Below, one piece after another: positions 1 through 8,177 of a DNA stretch of 24,000 nt; within the stretch, counting starts at the first letter, position 1, and each line of letters opens with the position of its first letter. The translations under genes were made by a program, and so were the position numbers. The notes under the pieces are model-generated. The model worked only from the letters and a program-made list of their open reading frames with translations, had not been told where the DNA came from and did not search any database. This stretch comes from Bryobacteraceae bacterium (GTDB lineage Bacteria; Acidobacteriota; Terriglobia; Bryobacterales; Bryobacteraceae), in contig BPGE01000001.1 in NCBI GenBank assembly GCA_026002875.1, positions 4,721,561-4,745,560 of the forward strand. Reading direction: 5' to 3'.

Positions 1-123
1 GCGGTGCTCTGGAGCCACGGACCGCAGATGCTCAGCCAGATGCGGGGCAAGAACATGAAGTGGCCTGCCTTCGGCGGCTCGGACATCATCGACCTGGTCG
101 CCTACATGAAGGCGAAGAAGTGA
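1..123 (+). CDS. C-terminal fragment of a c-type cytochrome-like protein (5' end outside window)
   Basis: Frame 1 is open from base 1 to TGA at 121-123 (AVLWSHGPQMLSQMRGKNMKWPAFGGSDIIDLVAYMKAKK*), with G/C-rich third positions. The LW.HGP.M ... DL.AY tail resembles C-termini of class I cytochromes c. The haem CXXCH site would lie upstream and is not visible. Confidence 0.4.
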   Translation, partial: AVLWSHGPQMLSQMRGKNMKWPAFGGSDIIDLVAYMKAKK

Positions 124-154
124 GCCCGGCAGCGGGCCTCCCGCCCGCCGCCGC

Positions 155-1399
155 TCAATGCAGGTCCACGGCGCGTGCGCCCTCAGCTTTCGAGAGCCTG
201 ATCACGGTCTCTCTGCCCCCGGCGCGCACCCGGTGCGTGCCGTAGAACGCACGCACGGCGGCCAGCCCGCTCGAGTCGGCTTTCACCTCCGCGCGCGTCC
301 ACCACTCGCCGAAGACGAGCCTGCGGTACGCCTCGGCGGCGGGAGTCGGGCTCCAGTCGCGCCTGTAGAGCGAGGACTGCGGAATCCAGTTGGCCCCCTC
401 CCAGAAACCCCACATCAGGATGCCGGTCACGGCAGGGTGCGCAAAACAGATGCGGAAATAGCGCCGCAGCGCGTCCGCCTTCGCCGCTTCCTCCTCCGCG
501 CTGAGCTGCGCCTCGCGCTTCCCGTAATACTTCGAGCGCTGCCCTGGAAAATTGAATTCGGTGACGCGGACCGGCAGCTTCAGTTCGGCCAGCGCGTCCA
601 GCGCGCGGCGCAGTTCGTTTTCGTCGAACGAATCCCCATGCAGATGCCCCTGCACCCCGATGCCGTCCATCGGAGCGCCGGATGACAGAACTGTGCGGAT
701 ATGTTTCAGGTAATCGTCCAGCCGCCGCCCGGTGAGGATGTCGTAGTCGTTGAAGAACAGCACGGCTTCGGGATCGCCTTCCTTCACCCAGCGCGCCATG
801 TCGCGGGTAATTTCCGGCCCCAGCCTCTCCTCGAACCAGTTGCCGTGGATCATCTCGTTGTTCAGGTCGTATTCGGCGAACTGTCCGCGGTAGCGCGCGG
901 CGATCGAGCGCGCCCGCTGCCGCACGGCGAGGCGGAGCGGTGCGTCGCCCAGCGGCTTGAGCCACTCGGGCACATACCGCGGAATGCCCCAGAAGATGCA
1001 GTGCCCGCGCACGGGAATCTCATGCGCCGAGGCCCACTCGAGCATTGAATCCACTACCGAGTAATCCACCCGGCCGCGCTCTTTCTCCATCTCGTGCCAT
1101 TTGAAGGCGGCTTCAATCACGCCGGCGTTGAAGTGGCTCAGGAAGAGCTCTTTCCACTTCGCCGCGTCTTCCGGCGGCGTGCGCCCCGAGAAGACGCCTG
1201 TGGCGATGGTGGCGCCGAACCAGAATTCGTGCCGGAGCTGCTCCACCTTGACCGTCGCCCCGGGCGCGGTGCGGACCGCCAGAACGCCCGTGCGGTGCTT
1301 CAGAATCGCATCGTCCAGCTCGTCGGCCCGCAGCGCGGGAAGCGCCGCCGGCAGGGCGGCGAGAAACAGAATCGGACCCAATCTGCACAGCATGGCCAC
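155..1399 (-). CDS. Secreted glycoside hydrolase family 10 (endo-1,4-beta-xylanase-like)
   Basis: 414-aa ORF with a signal peptide (MAMLCRLGPILFLAALPAALPALRA). GH10-type catalytic motifs are present: acid/base YDLNNEMIHGN and nucleophile VRVTEFNF. It lies 34 nt downstream of the preceding minus-strand gene. Confidence 0.8.
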   Translation of the reverse strand: MAMLCRLGPILFLAALPAALPALRADELDDAILKHRTGVLAVRTAPGATVKVEQLRHEFWFGATIATGVFSGRTPPEDAAKWKELFLSHFNAGVIEAAFKWHEMEKERGRVDYSVVDSMLEWASAHEIPVRGHCIFWGIPRYVPEWLKPLGDAPLRLAVRQRARSIAARYRGQFAEYDLNNEMIHGNWFEERLGPEITRDMARWVKEGDPEAVLFFNDYDILTGRRLDDYLKHIRTVLSSGAPMDGIGVQGHLHGDSFDENELRRALDALAELKLPVRVTEFNFPGQRSKYYGKREAQLSAEEEAAKADALRRYFRICFAHPAVTGILMWGFWEGANWIPQSSLYRRDWSPTPAAEAYRRLVFGEWWTRAEVKADSSGLAAVRAFYGTHRVRAGGRETVIRLSKAEGARAVDLH

Positions 1400-1433
1400 A
1401 CAGTATCACCGGCCGCCGCCCGGCCGCGCCGCC

Positions 1434-2639
1434 TCACCAGTTGGTGAGCGAACCGTCCGGCCGCCGGTAAATCGGCAGCGGCTTTGCGCCTTCGGTGATC
1501 TCGGCGATCATCTGCACGCGCGAAGCGTCGAACGTGACGCCGAGGCCCGGCCGTTCGTTCGGCCACATCTTGCCGTTTCGGAAATCATAATGTTGCGGCA
1601 GGTAAGGAACCTCGCGGCGGCCGTCGCCGAGCATCTCCATCAGCACGGGCCCTGAATAACCCAGCAGGCAGTGCACCAGCGCGGCCTCGCCCACCGGCCC
1701 GGTGAAGTGCGGAGCCATGCCGACGTAATGCGTCTCGCACAGCGCACAGATCTTCATGAACTCGGTGATCCCGCCGCAATTGGGCAGCGACACGCGCGAC
1801 CAGTCGATCAGGCGCTGCTCCACCAGTTCGTTCAGCTCCCAGCGGTCGCCGAACTGCTCGCCCACCGCGATCGGCAGCCGCACCGCCTGCCGCAGCTGCC
1901 GGTAGAAGGCCTTGTTCTCGCTGCGCACGAGGTCTTCGGCGAACACGGGTTCCAGCGGTTCGAGCAGCGAGCTCAGCCGCACGGCATCGGCGTAGTCGAG
2001 CCGCGTGTGGTAGTCGATCGCCCACCCGCCGTCCGGTCCCACGCCGTCGCGGATCTCGCGGCACTGCTCGACGGTCTTCCGCACGATGGCGCGCGCGTCG
2101 AACGGCTCGCCTTTGGCCGGGTCCGCCACGGAAGTCCGGTACACGCGGAAACCAGCCTCGATGCAGGCCCGCGCCGTTTCCTTCAGCGAGCCTTTCCGCG
2201 GAAACGCCGTGGAATAGCACTCGATATGGTCGCGGGATTTCCCGCCCAGCAGCTGATACAGCGGAACGTTCAGGGCTTTCGCCTTGATGTCCCAAAGGGC
2301 CATGTCGAGCGCGCCGATGGCGTGGATCTGCTCGCGCCCCGCCGGGTAGAACAGCCCCCGGTACATCAGCTGCCACAGCGCGTCCGTCTGCCGTGCATCT
2401 TCGCCGATGATCAGTTGCGCCGCCAGCCGGATCAGATCGGGAGAGCCGCCTTCGCCGATGCCGGTGATTCCTTCGTCGGTCTCCACCGTGACCACATGGA
2501 AGCTCTGGTTGATCATCGGCCGCGTGATGGGCGACGCGTACATCCGCACGCGCCGGATGCGCAGCTTCGGCAATGCCAGCAGCGCCAGAAGAAAGTCCCT
2601 GCGTCTCATGGGTGCCGCCATGGCAGCCGACAATATCAC
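1434..2639 (-). CDS. Enolase-superfamily enzyme (mandelate racemase/muconate lactonizing family, galactonate/mannonate dehydratase-like) with twin-arginine-type leader
   Basis: 401-aa ORF with motifs TDEGITGIGEGG and DMALWDIKAKALNVPLYQLLGG. Putative metal ligands lie in AIDYH, FAEDL and AVGEQ. The N-terminus MAAPMRRRDFLLALLALPK precedes the usual start of the capping domain (LRIRRVRMY...). Alternative starts are at 2621 and 2609. Confidence 0.85.
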   Translation of the reverse strand: MILSAAMAAPMRRRDFLLALLALPKLRIRRVRMYASPITRPMINQSFHVVTVETDEGITGIGEGGSPDLIRLAAQLIIGEDARQTDALWQLMYRGLFYPAGREQIHAIGALDMALWDIKAKALNVPLYQLLGGKSRDHIECYSTAFPRKGSLKETARACIEAGFRVYRTSVADPAKGEPFDARAIVRKTVEQCREIRDGVGPDGGWAIDYHTRLDYADAVRLSSLLEPLEPVFAEDLVRSENKAFYRQLRQAVRLPIAVGEQFGDRWELNELVEQRLIDWSRVSLPNCGGITEFMKICALCETHYVGMAPHFTGPVGEAALVHCLLGYSGPVLMEMLGDGRREVPYLPQHYDFRNGKMWPNERPGLGVTFDASRVQMIAEITEGAKPLPIYRRPDGSLTNW

Positions 2640-2667
2640 GCAGCGGCGCCGGCGGAAAGCGGTGCGG

Positions 2668-2721
2668 AAACAGAAAAGGGCGCGGGCGCGCCATGGGGGT
2701 CCTGCCGGCGGCGCCCGCGCC
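2668..2721 (-). terminator. Intrinsic terminator/attenuator hairpin between the TonB receptor and dehydratase genes
   Basis: The minus strand reads GGCGCGGGCGC (2721-2711), a 21-nt loop, GCGCCCGCGCC (2689-2679), then CUUUUCUGUUU (2678-2668). This is an 11-bp perfect GC stem plus a U-rich tail, 14 nt after the receptor stop. Confidence 0.5.
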
Positions 2722-2734
2722 AGGGTTCAGGCGG

Positions 2735-5700
2735 CTACCACTGCAGCCGCACAACCAACTGAACGAAGCGGGGAATCGAGGAATCGAGGTTCGTGTTGCG
2801 GTTGGCCACGTTGGTGATGACACCCGCCGCGGCCAGGTTGTTCACGTTGAGACCAGGGTTCTGGTAGTTCGGGTGATTCAGCGCGTTCGTGGCGATCATC
2901 TCCAGCCGCAGCCGCACCTTCTCGCCAAGCTGCGTGATCTTGGCGAGGTTCGCGTGCAGCACGTTGACGCCGGGGCCGACGATCACGCCCTTGGCCGACG
3001 TGCCGAAGGCGCCCGGCTGGGGCGCGGCGAACGCATTGATGTCGTACCAGCGGTTCACGGTGGGGTTGCTGATGTTCGGGTTGCGCAGGATGTCCGGCCG
3101 GATCGTCACATTCGGCGGCGTGCGGTTCGGCGTGAAGCGCGTGCCCGTGGGATCCGGGCCCGTCCACGTGGGCGTGAGGAACTGGCCGCGCTGGACCATG
3201 TACGCCGCGCCCACCTGCCAGCCGGAGATCAGCGTGTTCACGACTTTGCCCGCGTTGTTCCACAGCGGCTGTCCCTTGCCCATGGGAAGCTGATAGAGCA
3301 TGTTGGCCGAGAAGCGGTGCGTGGGGATGTCGACCCACACGGAACGCTCCCTCTGGCGGTTGAAGGCGTCTTCGGGCTGTTCGCCGTCTTCCAGGTCTCC
3401 GATGTCGCGCGCCAGCGTGTAGTAGCCCTGCGCCCGCAGGCCGCCTTTCAGCGGACGGTCCACTTCAAGCGTCAGCGCGTGATACTGGTGTCCTGCGCCG
3501 TTGGTCTGGTAGGTGATGGCCGGGTATTGCGGGAACATGCGCGGCTTGTCGACAAACAGGCGCGTGTCGGCCACAGGCTGGTTGATGTTGTAGCCGAATA
3601 CGCCCTTGCGCGTGTTCGTGCCGAGGTAAGTGGCGCGGAAGGCCGTCTCCCACTGCTGCCGCTCGATCGTGAACGTGTACTGCATGCTGTAAGGAATCAG
3701 CAGGTTCGGATTCATCGCCGTCGGAATGGAAACGGACGCCGGTCCGGCTACGCCGGCCGTCGGGAACGCCTGCGGCAGCAGGATGGGGTTCGTCGTGGGG
3801 TTCGTGAACGCAGGCTCGGCGATGTTGAACGGCACCGAAGACAGGGCCGCGTTCTTCGCAGCGATGTCGTAGAACATGCCGAAGCTGGCGCGGAACACCG
3901 TGTTGTTGCCCCACGGACGGTAAGCCAGGCCGATGCGCGGCGAGAAATTGTTCCTGTCAGCATGCAGGAGCCGCGAGGAGTGGAACCCGGCGCGGCTGGC
4001 TTCCAGCACCGGCACGTAACCGGCGGGCATCAGCGGGCTGACACGGCCGGAAGCGCCGTCCGGAATGATGATCGCTCCCGTGCCAATGTCGAATGTGGAT
4101 TGCAGCCCGTCCTTCGCCGTGAAGCCCGGCAGCAGATCGTAGCGCAGGCCGATATTCAGCGTCAGATCCGGCCGGATGCGGTAGTCGTCCTGGATGAAGA
4201 AGCCGTACCGCCAGGCCGTGGTGCTCTGCAGAAGGGCAGGGAAATTCCGGCTCATCGTCGTCGGAATTCCGAGCAGAAAGTCGGCGTACGTGAAATTGGT
4301 GAAGCGGTTCGAGAAGGTCAGGTTGCCGAACAGTCCGGCGCCCTGCCGCAGATCTTCGTACGTGCCCCGGTTGATCTGGGCGCCGAACTTGATGGTGTGC
4401 CGCCCCGTGATCCAGGTGACATTCTGCTGGAAGTTGTGGGTAACGTACTCGATGCAGGGGTTGCACTCGACGTCCATCGAGACGCCCGTCAGGCCGAGCT
4501 GCGTGAAGTTCACCGTCGGCAGGCCGGCCACATCAGGCAGATTCGGCGCCAGACCCTGCAATCCCAGGTCTCTCACCCATTGCAGGCCCCGCTGGGGAGG
4601 GAAGCTGGGGAATGCATCCGTGGCCATGCCGTAGCGGAATTCGCTGAGCAGGTTGGGCCGGATCATCTGCGTATAGGCGAAGCTGGCGCCGTTATTGCGC
4701 CGCTCGCGGTCGACGCGCCCGATGGTGGGCAGGCTGCCGATGAACGGCTTCTGGGGCCAGCGCAGGATGGTGATGCGTCCGTTGACGAACGCCCGCTCGC
4801 TGAAGCGGTGATCCAGCCGCGCCACCGCCGTCGGATTGGTGAGCTTGGGATTGTCGAGCACCTGCCGGTTGTTCTGCGCGGCGAACACGGTTGGGTCGCC
4901 GTAGTTCGGCAGCGGGTACAGCCGGTCCTGGATCGTCCTGGCCACGGAGCTGATGCGCGACGTGGGAATCACGTTGTTGGCGAACGGGGCGTTGTTCGCA
5001 AACGGGTCGCGGACGACCGTGCCGGGCAGCAGGCTCGAAAAATTGCCGGTGCGCCACGGCTCCAGAGGCACTGTCGTATTGAACGTCTGAAGCGAGGGCG
5101 GTCCGAACCGTTCGAACTCCAGACTGGTGAAGAAGAAAGTCCTGTTCCGCCCGTTGTAAATCTTCGGCAGGATGACCGGTCCGCCCAGCGAACCGCCCGG
5201 CATGTGTTCAATGCTGCCCGTGTTGACAACCGAAAACGGATTGCGCGCCTGCAAGCCCGGGCTGCTGTAGTAATTGAAGACCTCGCCGTGCAGCTCGTTG
5301 GTTCCCGAGCGCGTGACTACCGACATCTGGCCGATGCCCGGATTCTCCGCCGAGCTGCCCGCCACTTCCAGCCGGACTTCGCCGTAGCTTTCCGTGCGGT
5401 CGCTGACGACGCCCGTGATCTGCCCGCCAAAGACGTTGCCGATGGGAATGCCGTCCACCGTGACGTCGCCCTGCCGCGTCCGGCTGCCTCCGAACCGCAT
5501 ATTGAAGCCGGCGGCCGTCTTCGAGACATTCGGCGAGAGCTGAATCAGGTCCCACGCCCGCCGCAGCGACAGGGGCATGTCAATGATGGTCTGGCGCGTG
5601 CGGGTGTCCGCCACGCGCGCCGTTTCCGTTTCTACAAGCGTGGCGCCCGCGCTCACCTCCACGGTGGTTGCCACCTGCGACAGGGTGAGACCGACATCCA

Positions 5701-6028
5701 CTCGCCGGATGTCCCGCGGCGCCAGCCGGATGTTGTCTGCTACGGCCTCCTGGAAGCCCTGCGCGGCGACTTTGAGCTGGTAAACTCCCTCGAGCAGCGA
5801 GGGAATCGTATATTGGCCGAGTTCGTTCGTTGTCGTCTTGGCTTCGTAGCCCCTGTCCACGTTGACCACGGTGATCTGCGCGCCCGCCACGGGAGCGCCG
5901 CTTGGATCTGTGACGATCCCCGTCAGCGTGGCAAAGGTGCTTTGCCCTGGTAAGAGTCCGCTGAATCCGGCAAGCGCCAGGATCCACAAGACTGCTGGTA
6001 CGGCTCGTTTTCTGACCAATGTGTTCAT
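2735..6028 (-). CDS. TonB-dependent receptor with N-terminal carboxypeptidase-regulatory-like domain
   Basis: 1097-aa ORF with a signal peptide (VPAVLWILALAGFSGLLPG). It has a CarboxypepD_reg-like sandwich (TGIVTDPSGAPVAGAQITVVNVDRGYEAKTTTNELGQYTIPSLLEGVYQLKV), a plug-like region (RQGDVTVDGIP), a long beta-rich barrel and a terminal aromatic residue (VVRLQW). Confidence 0.9.
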   Translation of the reverse strand: MNTLVRKRAVPAVLWILALAGFSGLLPGQSTFATLTGIVTDPSGAPVAGAQITVVNVDRGYEAKTTTNELGQYTIPSLLEGVYQLKVAAQGFQEAVADNIRLAPRDIRRVDVGLTLSQVATTVEVSAGATLVETETARVADTRTRQTIIDMPLSLRRAWDLIQLSPNVSKTAAGFNMRFGGSRTRQGDVTVDGIPIGNVFGGQITGVVSDRTESYGEVRLEVAGSSAENPGIGQMSVVTRSGTNELHGEVFNYYSSPGLQARNPFSVVNTGSIEHMPGGSLGGPVILPKIYNGRNRTFFFTSLEFERFGPPSLQTFNTTVPLEPWRTGNFSSLLPGTVVRDPFANNAPFANNVIPTSRISSVARTIQDRLYPLPNYGDPTVFAAQNNRQVLDNPKLTNPTAVARLDHRFSERAFVNGRITILRWPQKPFIGSLPTIGRVDRERRNNGASFAYTQMIRPNLLSEFRYGMATDAFPSFPPQRGLQWVRDLGLQGLAPNLPDVAGLPTVNFTQLGLTGVSMDVECNPCIEYVTHNFQQNVTWITGRHTIKFGAQINRGTYEDLRQGAGLFGNLTFSNRFTNFTYADFLLGIPTTMSRNFPALLQSTTAWRYGFFIQDDYRIRPDLTLNIGLRYDLLPGFTAKDGLQSTFDIGTGAIIIPDGASGRVSPLMPAGYVPVLEASRAGFHSSRLLHADRNNFSPRIGLAYRPWGNNTVFRASFGMFYDIAAKNAALSSVPFNIAEPAFTNPTTNPILLPQAFPTAGVAGPASVSIPTAMNPNLLIPYSMQYTFTIERQQWETAFRATYLGTNTRKGVFGYNINQPVADTRLFVDKPRMFPQYPAITYQTNGAGHQYHALTLEVDRPLKGGLRAQGYYTLARDIGDLEDGEQPEDAFNRQRERSVWVDIPTHRFSANMLYQLPMGKGQPLWNNAGKVVNTLISGWQVGAAYMVQRGQFLTPTWTGPDPTGTRFTPNRTPPNVTIRPDILRNPNISNPTVNRWYDINAFAAPQPGAFGTSAKGVIVGPGVNVLHANLAKITQLGEKVRLRLEMIATNALNHPNYQNPGLNVNNLAAAGVITNVANRNTNLDSSIPRFVQLVVRLQW

Positions 6029-6150
6029 GGAGAGACCAACCCCTTCTTCTCTACACTTGGATCACGGATCTCCCCGGCATGGGGGGCTCCAGATCAATTT
6101 AGTTTGATTCTGATTCAGGGCACAACGCTAGGAAATCGGGGCATACAGCG

Positions 6151-6191
6151 GTGTTAACGACGCAAGCGCCTGAAAACAGAAACCGTTAACA
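6151..6191. promoter_or_regulatory. Perfect 9-bp inverted repeat GTGTTAACG-N23-CGTTAACAC in the divergent intergenic region (candidate operator)
   Basis: GTGTTAACG at 6151-6159 and CGTTAACAC at 6183-6191. Each arm contains the palindrome GTTAAC. It lies between the receptor start (6028) and the regulator start (6254), about 30 nt upstream of the TGcTATAAT element. Confidence 0.3.
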
Positions 6192-6219
6192 CAAGCCCCT
6201 CCCGCCGTAAACGCTTCGC

Positions 6220-6228
6220 TGCTATAAT
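6220..6228 (+). promoter_or_regulatory. Extended -10 promoter element TGcTATAAT for the malectin-domain regulator
   Basis: TG at 6220-6221, then one nt, then consensus TATAAT at 6223-6228, 26 nt upstream of the GTG start at 6254. There is no good -35, which is tolerated for extended -10 promoters. Confidence 0.35.
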
Positions 6229-6253
6229 CAAAGCCGTCCACGGATACGGCTTT

Positions 6254-7738
6254 GTGACGGGTGAGACGAGCAGCCCGGTGGCCCCGGATGAGATCCAGGA
6301 GGCGATTGCCGCCATTGAGCGCACAGGTCTGTTCGACCGCAAGCCGAATCAGGGCCGCCTGTTCCGTTACCTCGCCGCCCGGCTTCTGGCGGGCGACCAG
6401 AGTTCCGTGAAAGAGTACGTGCTTGGCGTGGAAGCTCTGGGGCGGCCTGCCGAGTTCGACCCCAAGACCGACTCCATCGTCCGGGTTGAAGTCCGCAAGC
6501 TGCGGCAAACGCTGGAAGACCATTTCCTCTCGGGGGCGGGAAAGGATGCGCCGCTCATTCTGCGTGTGCCGAAGGGGACGTATGCGCTGGAGGCTGTCCG
6601 CCGCTACGGTGATCAGGCGCCCGCCCCGCCGGCTGCCCGGCAACGGCGGTTCCCCCGAGCGGTTGTCCTCACCGCTCTTCTCGGGCTGACTGCCGTCACC
6701 GCCGCTGCCTGGTTCCTCCTTCGCAGCCAGCCGCCCCAGACGTCCTCTCGTGTCGTTCAGCCCACCCAAACACCTCTGTCCACAGTCCGCATCCTGGCCG
6801 GCAACCTCTCCGAAGGGTTTACGGATTCGGCCGGGCGGCAATGGGACACAGACCGCTTCTTCGAAGGGGGCATCGCCGCCTCGCAGATGGACGTCCCCGT
6901 CACGAACGTGGAGGACCCGAAGCTCTTTCACTATCACCGCGAGGGACAGTTCCAATACCACATCCCCCTGGCCCCCGGGCTGTATGAACTGCGCCTGTAC
7001 TTCGCCGAGTTTCTGTACGGTTCCGGAAGCCGCGCCGGCGGCGGCGAGGTTTCACGCGTGTTTCGCATTCTCGCTAACGGGAGGACGATTCAGGACACTC
7101 TGGACGTAATTTCGATCGCCCCGGGCTTGGGCGTCGGCATGCGGAAAGTCTACCTGAACATGACGCCGGCGCCCGATGGAAAACTCCATCTCGATTTCCA
7201 GATGCTCCGGCCCGACAAGGCGTTTGTCAACGCGATCGAGATCGTTCCGGGCATCAAAGACCGGATGTTGCCGATCCGCATGGTCGCCGGCCCGAAACCG
7301 TTCACCGACCCGGCCGGCAATCTTTGGGAGCCCGATTCATTTGTCATCGGCGGCCGGCGCGAGCCCCGCTCCCGCACGATCGAAGACGCGCCCGCGCAGG
7401 GGCTCTTCCAGTCGGAGCGCTTCGGCCACTTCACCTATCACCTTCACGTCGTGCCAGGCCACACGTACCGCCTCAACCTCTGGATGTCGGAACAGTTCTT
7501 CGGGCTGCCGGGCGCCTCAGGTGCGAAAAATCGCCTCTTCGACCTCTACATGGCGGGAACGACGCTTCTGAAGTCGTTCGACCCCATGCGCGAAGCGCGC
7601 GGTCCCGCCCGCGCCGTCCGCCGCTCGTTCTCCAGCCTCAGGCCGGATGCGATGGGCGCCATCCGCCTTCAGTTCGTTCCCGTGCGCAACTATGCCGTCA
7701 TCAACGCACTCGAGTTGATCGACGAGGGGCCAGAGTGA
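6254..7738 (+). CDS. Membrane-anchored winged-helix (OmpR/CadC/ToxR-type) transcriptional regulator with two extracytoplasmic malectin-like carbohydrate-binding domains
   Basis: 494-aa ORF. The N-terminus resembles Trans_reg_C (RLFRYLAARLL...KEYVLGVEALG...DSIVRVEVRKLRQTLEDHF...LILRVPKGTYAL). One TM helix (AVVLTALLGLTAVTAAAWFLL, about residues 136-156) follows. Two repeats then carry malectin-like signatures (GFTDSAGRQWDTDRFFEGG...YELRLYFAEF...VNAIEIV and FTDPAGNLWEPDSFVIGG...YRLNLWMSEQFF...INALELI). The GTG start is uncertain; an in-frame GTG occurs at 6278. Confidence 0.75.
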   Translation: MTGETSSPVAPDEIQEAIAAIERTGLFDRKPNQGRLFRYLAARLLAGDQSSVKEYVLGVEALGRPAEFDPKTDSIVRVEVRKLRQTLEDHFLSGAGKDAPLILRVPKGTYALEAVRRYGDQAPAPPAARQRRFPRAVVLTALLGLTAVTAAAWFLLRSQPPQTSSRVVQPTQTPLSTVRILAGNLSEGFTDSAGRQWDTDRFFEGGIAASQMDVPVTNVEDPKLFHYHREGQFQYHIPLAPGLYELRLYFAEFLYGSGSRAGGGEVSRVFRILANGRTIQDTLDVISIAPGLGVGMRKVYLNMTPAPDGKLHLDFQMLRPDKAFVNAIEIVPGIKDRMLPIRMVAGPKPFTDPAGNLWEPDSFVIGGRREPRSRTIEDAPAQGLFQSERFGHFTYHLHVVPGHTYRLNLWMSEQFFGLPGASGAKNRLFDLYMAGTTLLKSFDPMREARGPARAVRRSFSSLRPDAMGAIRLQFVPVRNYAVINALELIDEGPE

Positions 7739-8177
7739 GCTGCGGCAATCCTGGCCCGGCTGAAGCAGTCCAAGGCCTTTCGCCCGCGCCGGGATCGCCC
7801 GCTTTTGCGGCGTGCGGCTGAGCTGCACGACGCCCACGGCCCGTCTCCCGGTTCGCGCGGATGTTGTCCGAGGGCGGTATCGTGCTCCGGGGCCGCAGCC
7901 GGAGTCATCTCCGGAGCTCCGCGGCGCATTGGTTTGTTCCGTTCTTCGTGCCAGCGGCGCGCGCCCGGCCGGCAGAGAGGACTCCGGGTTCAGGATGGGC
8001 TGCGGCCGCAGCCATGCGCCAGCGCGTCCCCGTTCACGGAGACGGATGCATTCCAGGAATCCCGGCCCAATCTGAAACTGGTTTCTCGCACGCCTTGCGC
8101 CCGCATCCTCCACAGGAAGCGTCCCGGGAACCGGACAGGTCGTCACGGCCATTGAGGGGCGGTCCTGCTGTAGGGTG

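Noticed and set aside
1585-2823. 412-aa minus ORF and 363-aa plus ORF (1671-2762) overlapping the enolase-superfamily gene
   Set aside because: Arg/Pro/Gly/Ala-rich off-frame and antisense translations. The 1434-2639 frame has the family motifs.
2573-5953. 1126-aa plus-strand ORF antisense to the TonB receptor
   Set aside because: Arg/Gly/Val/Ala/Asp-rich with no motifs, and entirely overlapped by a strongly recognisable receptor gene on the other strand. This is the typical stop-poor shadow frame of high-GC DNA.
6128-6961. 277-aa minus ORF antisense to the regulator gene
   Set aside because: No motif, Gly/Arg/Pro/Leu-rich, and it overlaps the regulator whose winged-helix region is recognisable.
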